This document shows positions 1-8,677 of a stretch of DNA of 53,136 bases, one piece after another. Location of the stretch: positions 1 to 53,136 of IMG/VR virus record IMGVR_UViG_3300037585_000579. One strand, given 5' to 3'. A model generated the notes under the pieces. That model saw nothing but the letters and a program-made list of their open reading frames with translations, searched no databases and was not told the DNA's origin. A program made the translations under genes and the position numbers. This DNA is from a virus. Lineage: Duplodnaviria; Caudoviricetes. The stretch's first letter is position 1; each line of letters begins with the position of its first letter.

Positions 1-2
1 GC

Positions 3-1496
3 TATGACTTATTTGAAGATGCTACAGCAGAGACAGATGCTGAAGAAAATAATGTGAAGCCTCACAATACTAAGATGGCTGTTGAAAAAAGATTTGAAGA
101 GTTTGCAAATCACATGGAGGTAACTAAAAATAAAAAGTTTACCTATGAATTACATAAAGGTAATGTCCGAGATACTCTGAAATCTAATTATGTAGATGAA
201 GTTGATCTTGCATTTATCGGTAGTGGTAACAGTGAACAAACAGTACGACATGAATATGATCGTCTAAAGAATGTTCCCATTGTAATCATGGATCACTTCT
301 TTACAAAAGAACGTGGGGACGAGGACAGCCCTGATCCAGATGCTATTCTTATACCTGATGAAAGGCATCAAGGAATTAAGAAAGTCTTTGACTCCGTACC
401 TACAAAAAAGGTACATGCAGAGAAAACTACAGATGATGGCTGGACAGAGTTTGATGAGAATGTTCCTACTCGTAAGTATGTCCTGCCCTCTACTGATAAA
501 GTTCTGCCAGCAGGGCATACACACCTTGCTATTTTGCTACATGACGAGACTTTGGAAGAGGTGCCGGAAGACTTGAAGCGTGTGCCAATAGTGGTACATC
601 CAAGAGATTCAGTATCAAAAGAATATATTGCCAACAACATTAAGTCTAATCTAAAAGAAATAGACAGTGATAGGTGGGTAAAGAAGCATCCACCTCATAA
701 AGAAGTTGGCGTGGTTGTTTCAGGTGGTCCTTACCTTGATTATAAAGAATTGAAAAAGTTTATCAAGGACAACCCCGGATGTAAAGTACTTACAGTTAAA
801 CATGCCCTTCCCGGTTTGATGAAAAACAATATTATACCGTGGGCATGTATTGTTCTTGATCCTCGACCAATCACTAAGAAAAGCACTCACAATATTGTAC
901 GTAAAGACTTGTTCAAAGATTTACATAAAGATACTAATTTCTTTGTAGCTTCCATGACTGATCCATCAGTGACTGAACATCTTAAAGAACGTGATGTTAG
1001 ACTGTGGGGATGGCACGCCTTCACTGATTCACTAAGAATAGAAGAAGAGCAGGGAGATCAGATAAAGAACCAGCAAGTTAAGCTGAACGAAGAGCTTGGT
1101 ATCCCGCAGGGAGCAACGCTTATTACTGGTGGTACATGTGCTGCGATGAGAGCTATCGGTCTGTTACATACGATGGGCTTCAGAGACTTACACTTGTTTG
1201 GATTTGACTGCTGCCGTGATGAGCCTTCTGACGAAGAGAAGACCGAAACCACTGGTGATCTTGAGGGTGGCGAGACTCCTAAACCTAAATATATACAAGT
1301 TAATGTTAAAGATCAAACTTATTGGACAACAGGTGAACTACTAGCTATGGCACAGGATTGTGAAAAAGTATTTAGCGATGCCGGTCTTGACGGTGTTCTC
1401 TGCTTTCACGGTGAAAATACTATGGTAGCTGATCTCTGGAAGATCAAAGAAGAACAAGATGCTAGAATTAAATTTAAAGGATACTACGATGTCTGA
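3..1496 (+). CDS. 5'-truncated fusion protein: SAM-methyltransferase-like N-part plus DUF115/Maf (MptE-like) domain
   Basis: The frame is open back to the window edge (YDLFEDATAETDAEENNVK), so the real start lies upstream. The C-half has VVSGGPYL, VLDPRP and GGTCAAMRAIGLLHTMGFRDLHLFGFDC motifs typical of DUF115/Maf proteins. Confidence 0.6.
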   Translation, partial: YDLFEDATAETDAEENNVKPHNTKMAVEKRFEEFANHMEVTKNKKFTYELHKGNVRDTLKSNYVDEVDLAFIGSGNSEQTVRHEYDRLKNVPIVIMDHFFTKERGDEDSPDPDAILIPDERHQGIKKVFDSVPTKKVHAEKTTDDGWTEFDENVPTRKYVLPSTDKVLPAGHTHLAILLHDETLEEVPEDLKRVPIVVHPRDSVSKEYIANNIKSNLKEIDSDRWVKKHPPHKEVGVVVSGGPYLDYKELKKFIKDNPGCKVLTVKHALPGLMKNNIIPWACIVLDPRPITKKSTHNIVRKDLFKDLHKDTNFFVASMTDPSVTEHLKERDVRLWGWHAFTDSLRIEEEQGDQIKNQQVKLNEELGIPQGATLITGGTCAAMRAIGLLHTMGFRDLHLFGFDCCRDEPSDEEKTETTGDLEGGETPKPKYIQVNVKDQTYWTTGELLAMAQDCEKVFSDAGLDGVLCFHGENTMVADLWKIKEEQDARIKFKGYYDV

Positions 1497-2175
1497 TATT
1501 AGTATAGATAATATTAACAGTAGACATAATCCATCAGATGATTATATCAATCTTGTTAAGATGTACGTGGAGAAGCACGATCAGGGAGAGGGTATGTTCA
1601 ATGGACGAAGCCTTCTTAAATTTGTAGACCTTATTAAACTATATTTGAAAAACAACGACTGTAAGTCTGTGCTTGACTATGGTTGTGGTAAGGGAGTGCT
1701 GTACACTGATAAGTTCTCAGAGATTACTGATGAGATTGACTGTCCTCTTCCTGAGTATTGGGAGTTGGATGAGTATGAACTCTTTGATCCCGGCTATAAA
1801 AAACACAGTAAGCTTCCCATACACAAAAAGGATGCTGTTATCTGTACAGATGTTCTTGAACATGTTGCAGAAGAAGACTTGGGCTGGGTAGTAGAAGAAA
1901 TATTTTCCTATGCAAAGAAGATTGTGTTTCTAAATGTAGCTTGCTTTGAAGCTCTAAAGGTTCTGCCTGATGGAAGGAATGCTCACATCTCTGTGTTCTC
2001 TCCTAATGATTGGATACAGATGTTAGCAGAAAAAAGTAGAAAGTTTAAACATCTAAAAATTTATCTCTTTGCTGATACAATGGAGAATCAAGATACTAAA
2101 ACTTTTTATACTGAAGGCTACAGGATAGATCAGTATCCCCGTGTTGTTAAACTTAAAAAAGAGGAGGAACAATAA
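1489..2175 (+). CDS. Class I SAM-dependent methyltransferase
   Basis: VLDYGCGKG SAM motif I and DAVICTDVLEHV; start moved to ATG 1489 (AAGGA SD). Confidence 0.85.
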   Translation: MSDISIDNINSRHNPSDDYINLVKMYVEKHDQGEGMFNGRSLLKFVDLIKLYLKNNDCKSVLDYGCGKGVLYTDKFSEITDEIDCPLPEYWELDEYELFDPGYKKHSKLPIHKKDAVICTDVLEHVAEEDLGWVVEEIFSYAKKIVFLNVACFEALKVLPDGRNAHISVFSPNDWIQMLAEKSRKFKHLKIYLFADTMENQDTKTFYTEGYRIDQYPRVVKLKKEEEQ

Positions 2176-2576
2176 TGTTAGGTATTGCAGAATCAGTTAT
2201 CGGTGTCGCCGGTAAAGTACTTGATAAGTTTGTAGAAGACAAAGACTTGAAGACTAAGTTAACGGCTGAACTTAATCAGCAGTTAGTATCACTGGACCTT
2301 GCTCAAGCACAGGCAAACATTGAACAAGCGAAACATCCCTCTATCTTTGTCAGTGGAGCAAGACCAGCTATCATGTGGGTGTGCTGCTTTGCTCTGGCAT
2401 GGCAGTTTATTTTTGCACCTGTTCTGTCTTGGGTTATTGTCACTTGGTATCCTATGATAACACTCCCTGTGTTAGAGACTAATGAATTGATCAGTCTGAT
2501 CATGGCACTTCTTGGGCTTGGCGGTATGCGTACAGCAGAGAAGTGGAAGGGTGTTGCCAGAAGTAATATGAAATAA
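2175..2576 (+). CDS. Holin (3TM / DUF3154-like family)
   Basis: GARPAIMWVC motif, hydrophobic helices, C-terminal LLGLGGMRTAEKWKGV. Confidence 0.75.
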   Translation: MLGIAESVIGVAGKVLDKFVEDKDLKTKLTAELNQQLVSLDLAQAQANIEQAKHPSIFVSGARPAIMWVCCFALAWQFIFAPVLSWVIVTWYPMITLPVLETNELISLIMALLGLGGMRTAEKWKGVARSNMK

Positions 2577-3055
2577 TGTTAAACGAAAAACAAGAAAACT
2601 TTGCCAAGGCTTACGTCTTACATCGTAATGCAACAGAAGCTGCCAAAGCCGCAGGATATTCAGACAAGTCAGCAGCTAATCAAGGTTATCGTTTACTACA
2701 AAATCAAGAAGTATTAGAGCGCATTGAAGATCTTGAGAAAGAACTTGAAACTAATATTAATGTTGTTGAAGAAATAGAAAATCAATATACCTTTGCAAAA
2801 GCAAACGGACATACCAACAGTGCTATTAAAGCTTTAGAACTTCTGTCTCGTATTCGAGGCGGTTCTGATGATGATCATATTAAAATTGATCAGGAAGGAT
2901 TAAAGACAGAGATTGCAAAAAATATAGATATTCTTGGTGAAGAAGAATTTTTACAAATTTTAAATCAAACTACTCTATTTAAAGACGTTATCCAAGAAGA
3001 AGAGGAAGAATACGAAAAAAATACTGACTTAGAAGAGGCTACAGTAGCCAACTAG
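2576..3055 (+). CDS. terS: Terminase small subunit
   Basis: N-terminal LNEKQENFAKAY...NATEAAKAAGYSDKSAANQGYRLL HTH signature. Confidence 0.8.
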   Translation: MLNEKQENFAKAYVLHRNATEAAKAAGYSDKSAANQGYRLLQNQEVLERIEDLEKELETNINVVEEIENQYTFAKANGHTNSAIKALELLSRIRGGSDDDHIKIDQEGLKTEIAKNIDILGEEEFLQILNQTTLFKDVIQEEEEEYEKNTDLEEATVAN

Positions 3056-3079
3056 ATACCTTCTGGTAGGGTACTATAT

Positions 3080-3110
3080 AAAAAAGGGAGCTACGAATGT
3101 AGCCCCCCTT
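3080..3110 (-). terminator. Intrinsic terminator ending the late (minus) arm at the convergence point
   Basis: Minus strand GGGGGCTAC-ATTC-GTAGCTCCC followed by TTTTTT. Confidence 0.75.
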
Positions 3111-3134
3111 GTAGCTCGTTACAGAGGATTTAAC

Positions 3135-3497
3135 TTATTTACCTCTTCTTTCGTTGGGAACAGGCGGATGTGATCCATTATGCATAGCATATAGTCTGTC
3201 ACAATCTTTTTGTAGTCTTTCAACATGCGTAACAATCTCTGCCAGTTGCATATGATCTCTTCTAAGATTTTCAGGACTTGCCATTTTAGCTAGGATGTTA
3301 ATCCTTTGTTCCTGAGTTTCATTAGAAGTGATTAACTTATCACTACGAGCATCCATCTTACGAAGACGTTGTTCAACATCATCCAGCTTTTCCACTAGCT
3401 GTCTAATCTGCATCTTGGCTACAGCACTGGCTCCTGCTACACTGAATAAGATACCAGCAATAGTTACGACCAGACGTATGTCGATTCCACCTTCCAT
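3135..3497 (-). CDS. Membrane-anchored coiled-coil protein (lysis-cassette associated)
   Basis: GGAGG SD before ATG 3497; one N-terminal TM helix followed by heptad repeats. Confidence 0.55.
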   Translation of the reverse strand: MEGGIDIRLVVTIAGILFSVAGASAVAKMQIRQLVEKLDDVEQRLRKMDARSDKLITSNETQEQRINILAKMASPENLRRDHMQLAEIVTHVERLQKDCDRLYAMHNGSHPPVPNERRGK

Positions 3498-3587
3498 ACT
3501 AACCTCCGTATTATACGTTAGCGGGGCCAACAATTATAGCTGTTAGTATTACTGCTATAAAAAATATAATAAATGGATGATATGTCA

Positions 3588-3878
3588 TTATTTAATTCTA
3601 TTCATTAGTGCTTCTTCAAGTTTAGGAAGAAGACGTATACCACAATACCCAACAATGAATGCTAAACCAATTGCAACCTGATGATTAAACTTAAAGTATC
3701 CCATAGCTGCTGGAATTAGAAATTCTGCTGCGATCCAACCCACAAGAACTGCAACTAAAATATCTTTAATAGCACCTAAGTTCCATTTCTTTTGTGTTAA
3801 TATATTTGCTACACCGCCACATCCCGAAGCGAAGATACAGCATAGCTTTCCACCGAATGTCATTATTGCCCATTCCAT
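3588..3878 (-). CDS. Small multi-TM protein, putative holin
   Basis: 2-3 hydrophobic segments, basic C-terminus, immediately downstream of the endolysin. Confidence 0.55.
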   Translation of the reverse strand: MEWAIMTFGGKLCCIFASGCGGVANILTQKKWNLGAIKDILVAVLVGWIAAEFLIPAAMGYFKFNHQVAIGLAFIVGYCGIRLLPKLEEALMNRIK

Positions 3879-3906
3879 AGTTTAGCCTCCTCAATAATGT
3901 TAAGTT

Positions 3907-4290
3907 TTACTTATAGCTCCAAAGCCACGGACGAGGATGGTGATCCCCATCTTCCATTGTATCAAGGTGCAGGAAGCGGCGTTCATACATGCCACGTTGA
4001 GACACACCTATACCCTTGAACTCATGTATGATAGCAAGACGTAGTAGTTTGAAAGCTTCGTGACCACCAATTACAATATCAGCAGCCCTGCCATAGATAT
4101 GTGCAGAGTTAGGTGAACCACCTATTGTAGTATTATATGCTATGTCCCTGTAGCCTGAAGATATGATCATTGGATTGTCATAGTCTCTTCTTAAACGAAT
4201 AAGCTTTTCCATAAACTCTTCGTCCATGTAGCACTCTCCAGTACCCTTGCAACGCATCTCATCTTCAGTAAAATGTTCCCAGTTAGTCAT
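3907..4290 (-). CDS. Peptidase M15 family endolysin
   Basis: SGYR, NSAHIYGRAADI (H-x6-D) and FLHLD Zn-binding motifs. Confidence 0.85.
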   Translation of the reverse strand: MTNWEHFTEDEMRCKGTGECYMDEEFMEKLIRLRRDYDNPMIISSGYRDIAYNTTIGGSPNSAHIYGRAADIVIGGHEAFKLLRLAIIHEFKGIGVSQRGMYERRFLHLDTMEDGDHHPRPWLWSYK

Positions 4291-4304
4291 TGTTACTCCT
4301 GTAC

Positions 4305-7300
4305 TTATTCTTTTAGATCTTCTTTGTTTAAATCAGCATACTTCCACATATTATGAAGGCTTCTTAAATCTTTAACGACATCTTGAAAGGGACGTTGAAA
4401 CTCGCTCCCAAAGTAATGCCCATCAGCATAAGCAATTCTTAATTTTTTAATAAACTCTTCGGACAATTCTTCAGGCATAAACTTATCTTTATTTATGTTT
4501 GAGATTTGTTTTAAGGATAAACTACCCCGAATTGGTTTACTTCTTATAATAGCTTGAAGTTGCTTCTGAGGTAATACCCTAGAATAAAGTCTAATTAACT
4601 TTGCAATGCCCTGTTGAGCTACAAACTGTTCTTCAAACAATTCGTTATATTCTTTAAGCATATCTTTTGAATCATAAGGCAAAGATGGATCACCAACTTT
4701 AGCAAGCACCTCTCTTTTAGTATCTGTTATATCTTTCAAGACATTTTTTTGTAGATTACGAGAGACATATGCAAATGTTTTTATTGGGTCCCATTCTTTT
4801 TCTCCTGAAGCAATTCCAAAAGTAGCAAGGACCGGACCATACTTTGTATTAACATTATGACGTGCTAAAAAAGAACTAAGATCTGCGGAATCTTTAAATC
4901 TTTTTCTTTGTTCACCATAATATAAAGGTCTGAAAGATCTTTCCATATCTGCTGTAAATGTAGAATGAGAGAATGCTCCGACATCCGCTGCTACTTCTGC
5001 GGTAGATTTTAAGGCTCCCGGAACCATTGTCTTTGCAATTTTAGTTAAGATTTTAGCTTGTTCTTCATCTGTGGGAGCTTTTGCATAGTCATAAAAGTAA
5101 CCCGCAACATCTGAAGCAAGAGAAGGTTCCATAAAACTACTAAGATAATTCCATACTGCTCTTGGAAATATTTCAGTTATAGCTTCTGTAGGATCTTCTC
5201 CTCTTGCAGCAGAGGCAAGATAAGGTGTAATGATATCAAGTACCGCAGCATCTGTATTAGAATAACTAAGATCACTATAGAAATACTTTCCATTCTTTCC
5301 TTTACGTACTGCAAGAGCATGGTCTTTTTGCCAAGGCATCAAACCTTCACGGATAGCATCTGCTGCTTCGGAAGTACCTTCTATTTGATTATAAGTATAA
5401 GCCATGGCAGCAGGTGCAGCGGCATAACCACTCTGTGCTAATATTCTTTTTGCTCCAGCCTTTACCATAGCCATGTTGCCTTTTTCAAAACCTTCTCTTA
5501 TTTCTGCACCGGCTGTCTTAAAGAGATAAAATTTATTACGTAAGTTCTCTGCTGGAAAAGCTGCAAAGTTACCAGCGATAGGAACGCCACGCATTTTTTC
5601 AATAATTTTAGGAATCCTGCTATAAATAGGAACAAGATCTAAGGTTTTACCTGCTGCTATTTCATAATTTAAATTATCATCAAACTCTTTAAGTAACTTG
5701 TTTTGACTAGGTGATAATTCTATATTCCTTGCTTTGTTATCTAATAGTATTCTAATGTTTTCCATCTGTTTAGAATTAAAAAATTCTTTTGCAAAGGAAT
5801 TATTAACATACTCATTACGTAAAGCCATCTTATCAACTTCACCCATTTCGTTCCAAATTCTTTTCTGTGTCATGGTTTCTCCAAACCACGTACCCAGTTT
5901 TCCAATATCATCAGTCATGCTATAAAGTTTAACTAAAAAATTATCTAGTTTAGTATTATCAAGAGCACCAAGCACCTGACCACTGGCAATACGGTGGGCA
6001 AGTTCCTTGCCAGTAACTTTTAAACCTACTTGTTTTTTTCCAACTCGATTTAATATTTGATTTAATTCAATCTGACTTCCTTTTAAACCAAGACGTTGAG
6101 CCATCTCAACTAACATTTTTTGTTCTTCTTTGGAAGCTGTTGTATAGAATTTAGCTAGGTGATAAAAACCAGAAATGTTACCAGAGTTAATCATATAACC
6201 ACCAGCACCTAAAGCATTACGTACTTCAGCAACAGGGTTATAAACAGTCTTACCTTTTTTCAAATATCCCTGCATTTGAGAAAAGAAATTTAATCCATAT
6301 CTTAAAAACTTTTGACCACCATCAACAGAATTACCTAATATATCTTCATTACTAAGCATTTCTTTATAGCGTTTAGCAAAGTCTTTTCTAATGTAATACC
6401 GTTGTGTGTTGATATCTGTAGGTAAAATTTTACCAGTAATATTATCTACTAAGTAACTTACAGGATTACCTTCGTTATCTCTCTTAATTATTTTCTGATT
6501 ATTCTCATCTAAGATAAACCTTTTATTAGCATCTGTTTCATAAACGTATCTTTTTATTCCTCTAGATCCTTCAAGATTAACTCCTAAATTAGCAGGTTCT
6601 ACTACACCTGAATCTAAGCCAAGATCTCTAGCTATTTGTTCAGGAACAAACTCACTTCTTTGTGGTAGTTGTATATCTCCACCAAGTTCTTCTGTAACAT
6701 AACGCCCCGGAATATTAAAAAGAGCGTCAGGATCTTCTATTACATCTACATCCAGACGATTACCATAATTATCAAAAACAGGTTCAGGAGATGGCTCTCT
6801 AGGATCAACTATTTTTTTAACTTCTCCATTTAAAGGAACCATCTCTTCGCCATTAGCTAGTAAACGTGCACCTTCAGCACTGTTTGCTGAGACAATTAAA
6901 GGATTTTCAGCAGTGCTTCTGGCTTGTAAGTTTTCCTTTAATGTTCCAGCCATTCTGACATCTTTAATAGTATTAATCATATCTCCTACTGTTTCAGCCA
7001 TACGTAAAGCAGGACTAAAGTTACGTCCCCATATTTGGTCTAAAACAGGATCTATATTTTTTTTCCTATACGTTATACCAAACTTAGCTTGCTGGTTTAG
7101 TTTAGGATCATATTCTTTTTTTATTTCTGAAAGTAATATTTTATCTACTTTCGCCTCGTCTAACTTACCATTTGTTAGAACCTCTTTATTATAATTTCTT
7201 TTATTATTAATATCTCTAGGAGTTTGGGAATTAAGTATACGTAATTTAATTAGCATAGAATCGTCTGGTACTACTGCTCCTTCGTTAGTCCTGTAAGAAT

Positions 7301-8642
7301 CAAAGGCTAACTTTTTATAATCCCCAAAGATATTAGAATTTTCAGGACGAGCCATAAACTTATCAAAGTCTTCCCGAAGAGTATAGAATTTTTCATGTAC
7401 ATCTCGCAGGTAGCTATCATTACCTTCAAAAATTTCTTTAAATTTATTACTTAGATAAGGAGTCTCTCCAACATCTTTTTGTAAAAACTTTACATCATTT
7501 CTAAAAGTTTCCATAGTATGCTCAACGTCAGGATTTATTTCTTTAAATTTTAAGTATAAAGAATTTTTAGCTTTAAGTTCTTTTAAACCTTTTTCAAGTA
7601 CAGGGATAGCTTGAGAATTTGTACCAGACCTAGCTTCTTCTATTCTAGCAAGTCTTAAAGCATCTTCTGCATCAGCTATTGCCCTAAGAGCATCTTCAGA
7701 CTTTCCTTCTATAATATCGTTTGTTATATTTCTTGCTGTAAGTTCATCAACTTCTTTAGCAAAGTTTGCTTCCGCTGCTAAAATTACTTGAGAATTCTGT
7801 TGTGTTCTATCATATACATTAGTATATCTTTCATCATTAAGTTCCATAAGACGTTGGGCTTGTCTATCTTGAGAAGCCGGTGGCAGGAAATTTCTTTTAA
7901 GCCATTCTTTTCCCCATCTTCCAGATTCTGTAGAGGAGACAGCAGCATTGACACCTTTTCCAATAGTAGCACCTGCCATATTTAAAGCAACACCTGCAAC
8001 AGGACTTAGAGTACCTTCAAGAAGACCTTGTAAAGCTATTGCTGAATAATCATAGTCTCCTTCTTTGCGACGACCTATATCCATATCAGTTTCTTGGCTT
8101 AAAGCAGCTTGAGTAACACCACCTGAACCAGCAATAGTACCTTCCAAAGCTAATGCTTTTAAAACAGGCTTACTAACAGAAGCTTTTAACTTAGCTTTTA
8201 ACATTTGCTTAACGCCTTGTTTAGCAACTTCTTTAGCACCCAAGACACCATAGGCACCAGCACCCCCAGCAGGAAGTGTAGCTGCTCCAGCAAGAACAGA
8301 TAGTAAATTAGTAGGATCTAAGAGGCCATAGTAACCATAATCAAGTATAGCTTTACCAGCAGGAGCGCCACCACTTTCATAAAAGTCTGGCATTTGATCT
8401 AGTTTATCTACTGCTCTTCTATAATACTTTTTAGTTTCATCTTGTGCTTTTTTAATATCAGACCCTTGGCTGTAAGTAGAAAAAACATTAACATCAAAGG
8501 CTCTACGTTTTTCTATAAAAGTATCAAGAATATCTTTCGGCTTTGTAGAAACAGATTCTCCAACGTCTTTAAGAAACCAGTAAGCATCAGCTATAAAATC
8601 ATCATCTTGCTGCAAACCCTCATATGTAACTTGTTCAGCCAT
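4305..8642 (-). CDS. Large internal virion (ejection) protein, 1445 aa
   Basis: Size, position at the distal end of the structural arm, Ala/Gly-rich amphipathic N-region; no catalytic motif recognised. Confidence 0.55.
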   Translation of the reverse strand: MAEQVTYEGLQQDDDFIADAYWFLKDVGESVSTKPKDILDTFIEKRRAFDVNVFSTYSQGSDIKKAQDETKKYYRRAVDKLDQMPDFYESGGAPAGKAILDYGYYGLLDPTNLLSVLAGAATLPAGGAGAYGVLGAKEVAKQGVKQMLKAKLKASVSKPVLKALALEGTIAGSGGVTQAALSQETDMDIGRRKEGDYDYSAIALQGLLEGTLSPVAGVALNMAGATIGKGVNAAVSSTESGRWGKEWLKRNFLPPASQDRQAQRLMELNDERYTNVYDRTQQNSQVILAAEANFAKEVDELTARNITNDIIEGKSEDALRAIADAEDALRLARIEEARSGTNSQAIPVLEKGLKELKAKNSLYLKFKEINPDVEHTMETFRNDVKFLQKDVGETPYLSNKFKEIFEGNDSYLRDVHEKFYTLREDFDKFMARPENSNIFGDYKKLAFDSYRTNEGAVVPDDSMLIKLRILNSQTPRDINNKRNYNKEVLTNGKLDEAKVDKILLSEIKKEYDPKLNQQAKFGITYRKKNIDPVLDQIWGRNFSPALRMAETVGDMINTIKDVRMAGTLKENLQARSTAENPLIVSANSAEGARLLANGEEMVPLNGEVKKIVDPREPSPEPVFDNYGNRLDVDVIEDPDALFNIPGRYVTEELGGDIQLPQRSEFVPEQIARDLGLDSGVVEPANLGVNLEGSRGIKRYVYETDANKRFILDENNQKIIKRDNEGNPVSYLVDNITGKILPTDINTQRYYIRKDFAKRYKEMLSNEDILGNSVDGGQKFLRYGLNFFSQMQGYLKKGKTVYNPVAEVRNALGAGGYMINSGNISGFYHLAKFYTTASKEEQKMLVEMAQRLGLKGSQIELNQILNRVGKKQVGLKVTGKELAHRIASGQVLGALDNTKLDNFLVKLYSMTDDIGKLGTWFGETMTQKRIWNEMGEVDKMALRNEYVNNSFAKEFFNSKQMENIRILLDNKARNIELSPSQNKLLKEFDDNLNYEIAAGKTLDLVPIYSRIPKIIEKMRGVPIAGNFAAFPAENLRNKFYLFKTAGAEIREGFEKGNMAMVKAGAKRILAQSGYAAAPAAMAYTYNQIEGTSEAADAIREGLMPWQKDHALAVRKGKNGKYFYSDLSYSNTDAAVLDIITPYLASAARGEDPTEAITEIFPRAVWNYLSSFMEPSLASDVAGYFYDYAKAPTDEEQAKILTKIAKTMVPGALKSTAEVAADVGAFSHSTFTADMERSFRPLYYGEQRKRFKDSADLSSFLARHNVNTKYGPVLATFGIASGEKEWDPIKTFAYVSRNLQKNVLKDITDTKREVLAKVGDPSLPYDSKDMLKEYNELFEEQFVAQQGIAKLIRLYSRVLPQKQLQAIIRSKPIRGSLSLKQISNINKDKFMPEELSEEFIKKLRIAYADGHYFGSEFQRPFQDVVKDLRSLHNMWKYADLNKEDLKE

Positions 8643-8677
8643 TTATTTATCCTATCTCCTTTGCTTCTTTAGTTCTG

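Noticed and set aside
4305-8642. Virion-encapsidated RNA polymerase that would explain the hairpin elements
   Set aside because: I could not find single-subunit or DxDGD RNAP catalytic motifs; structure prediction would be needed to reopen this.
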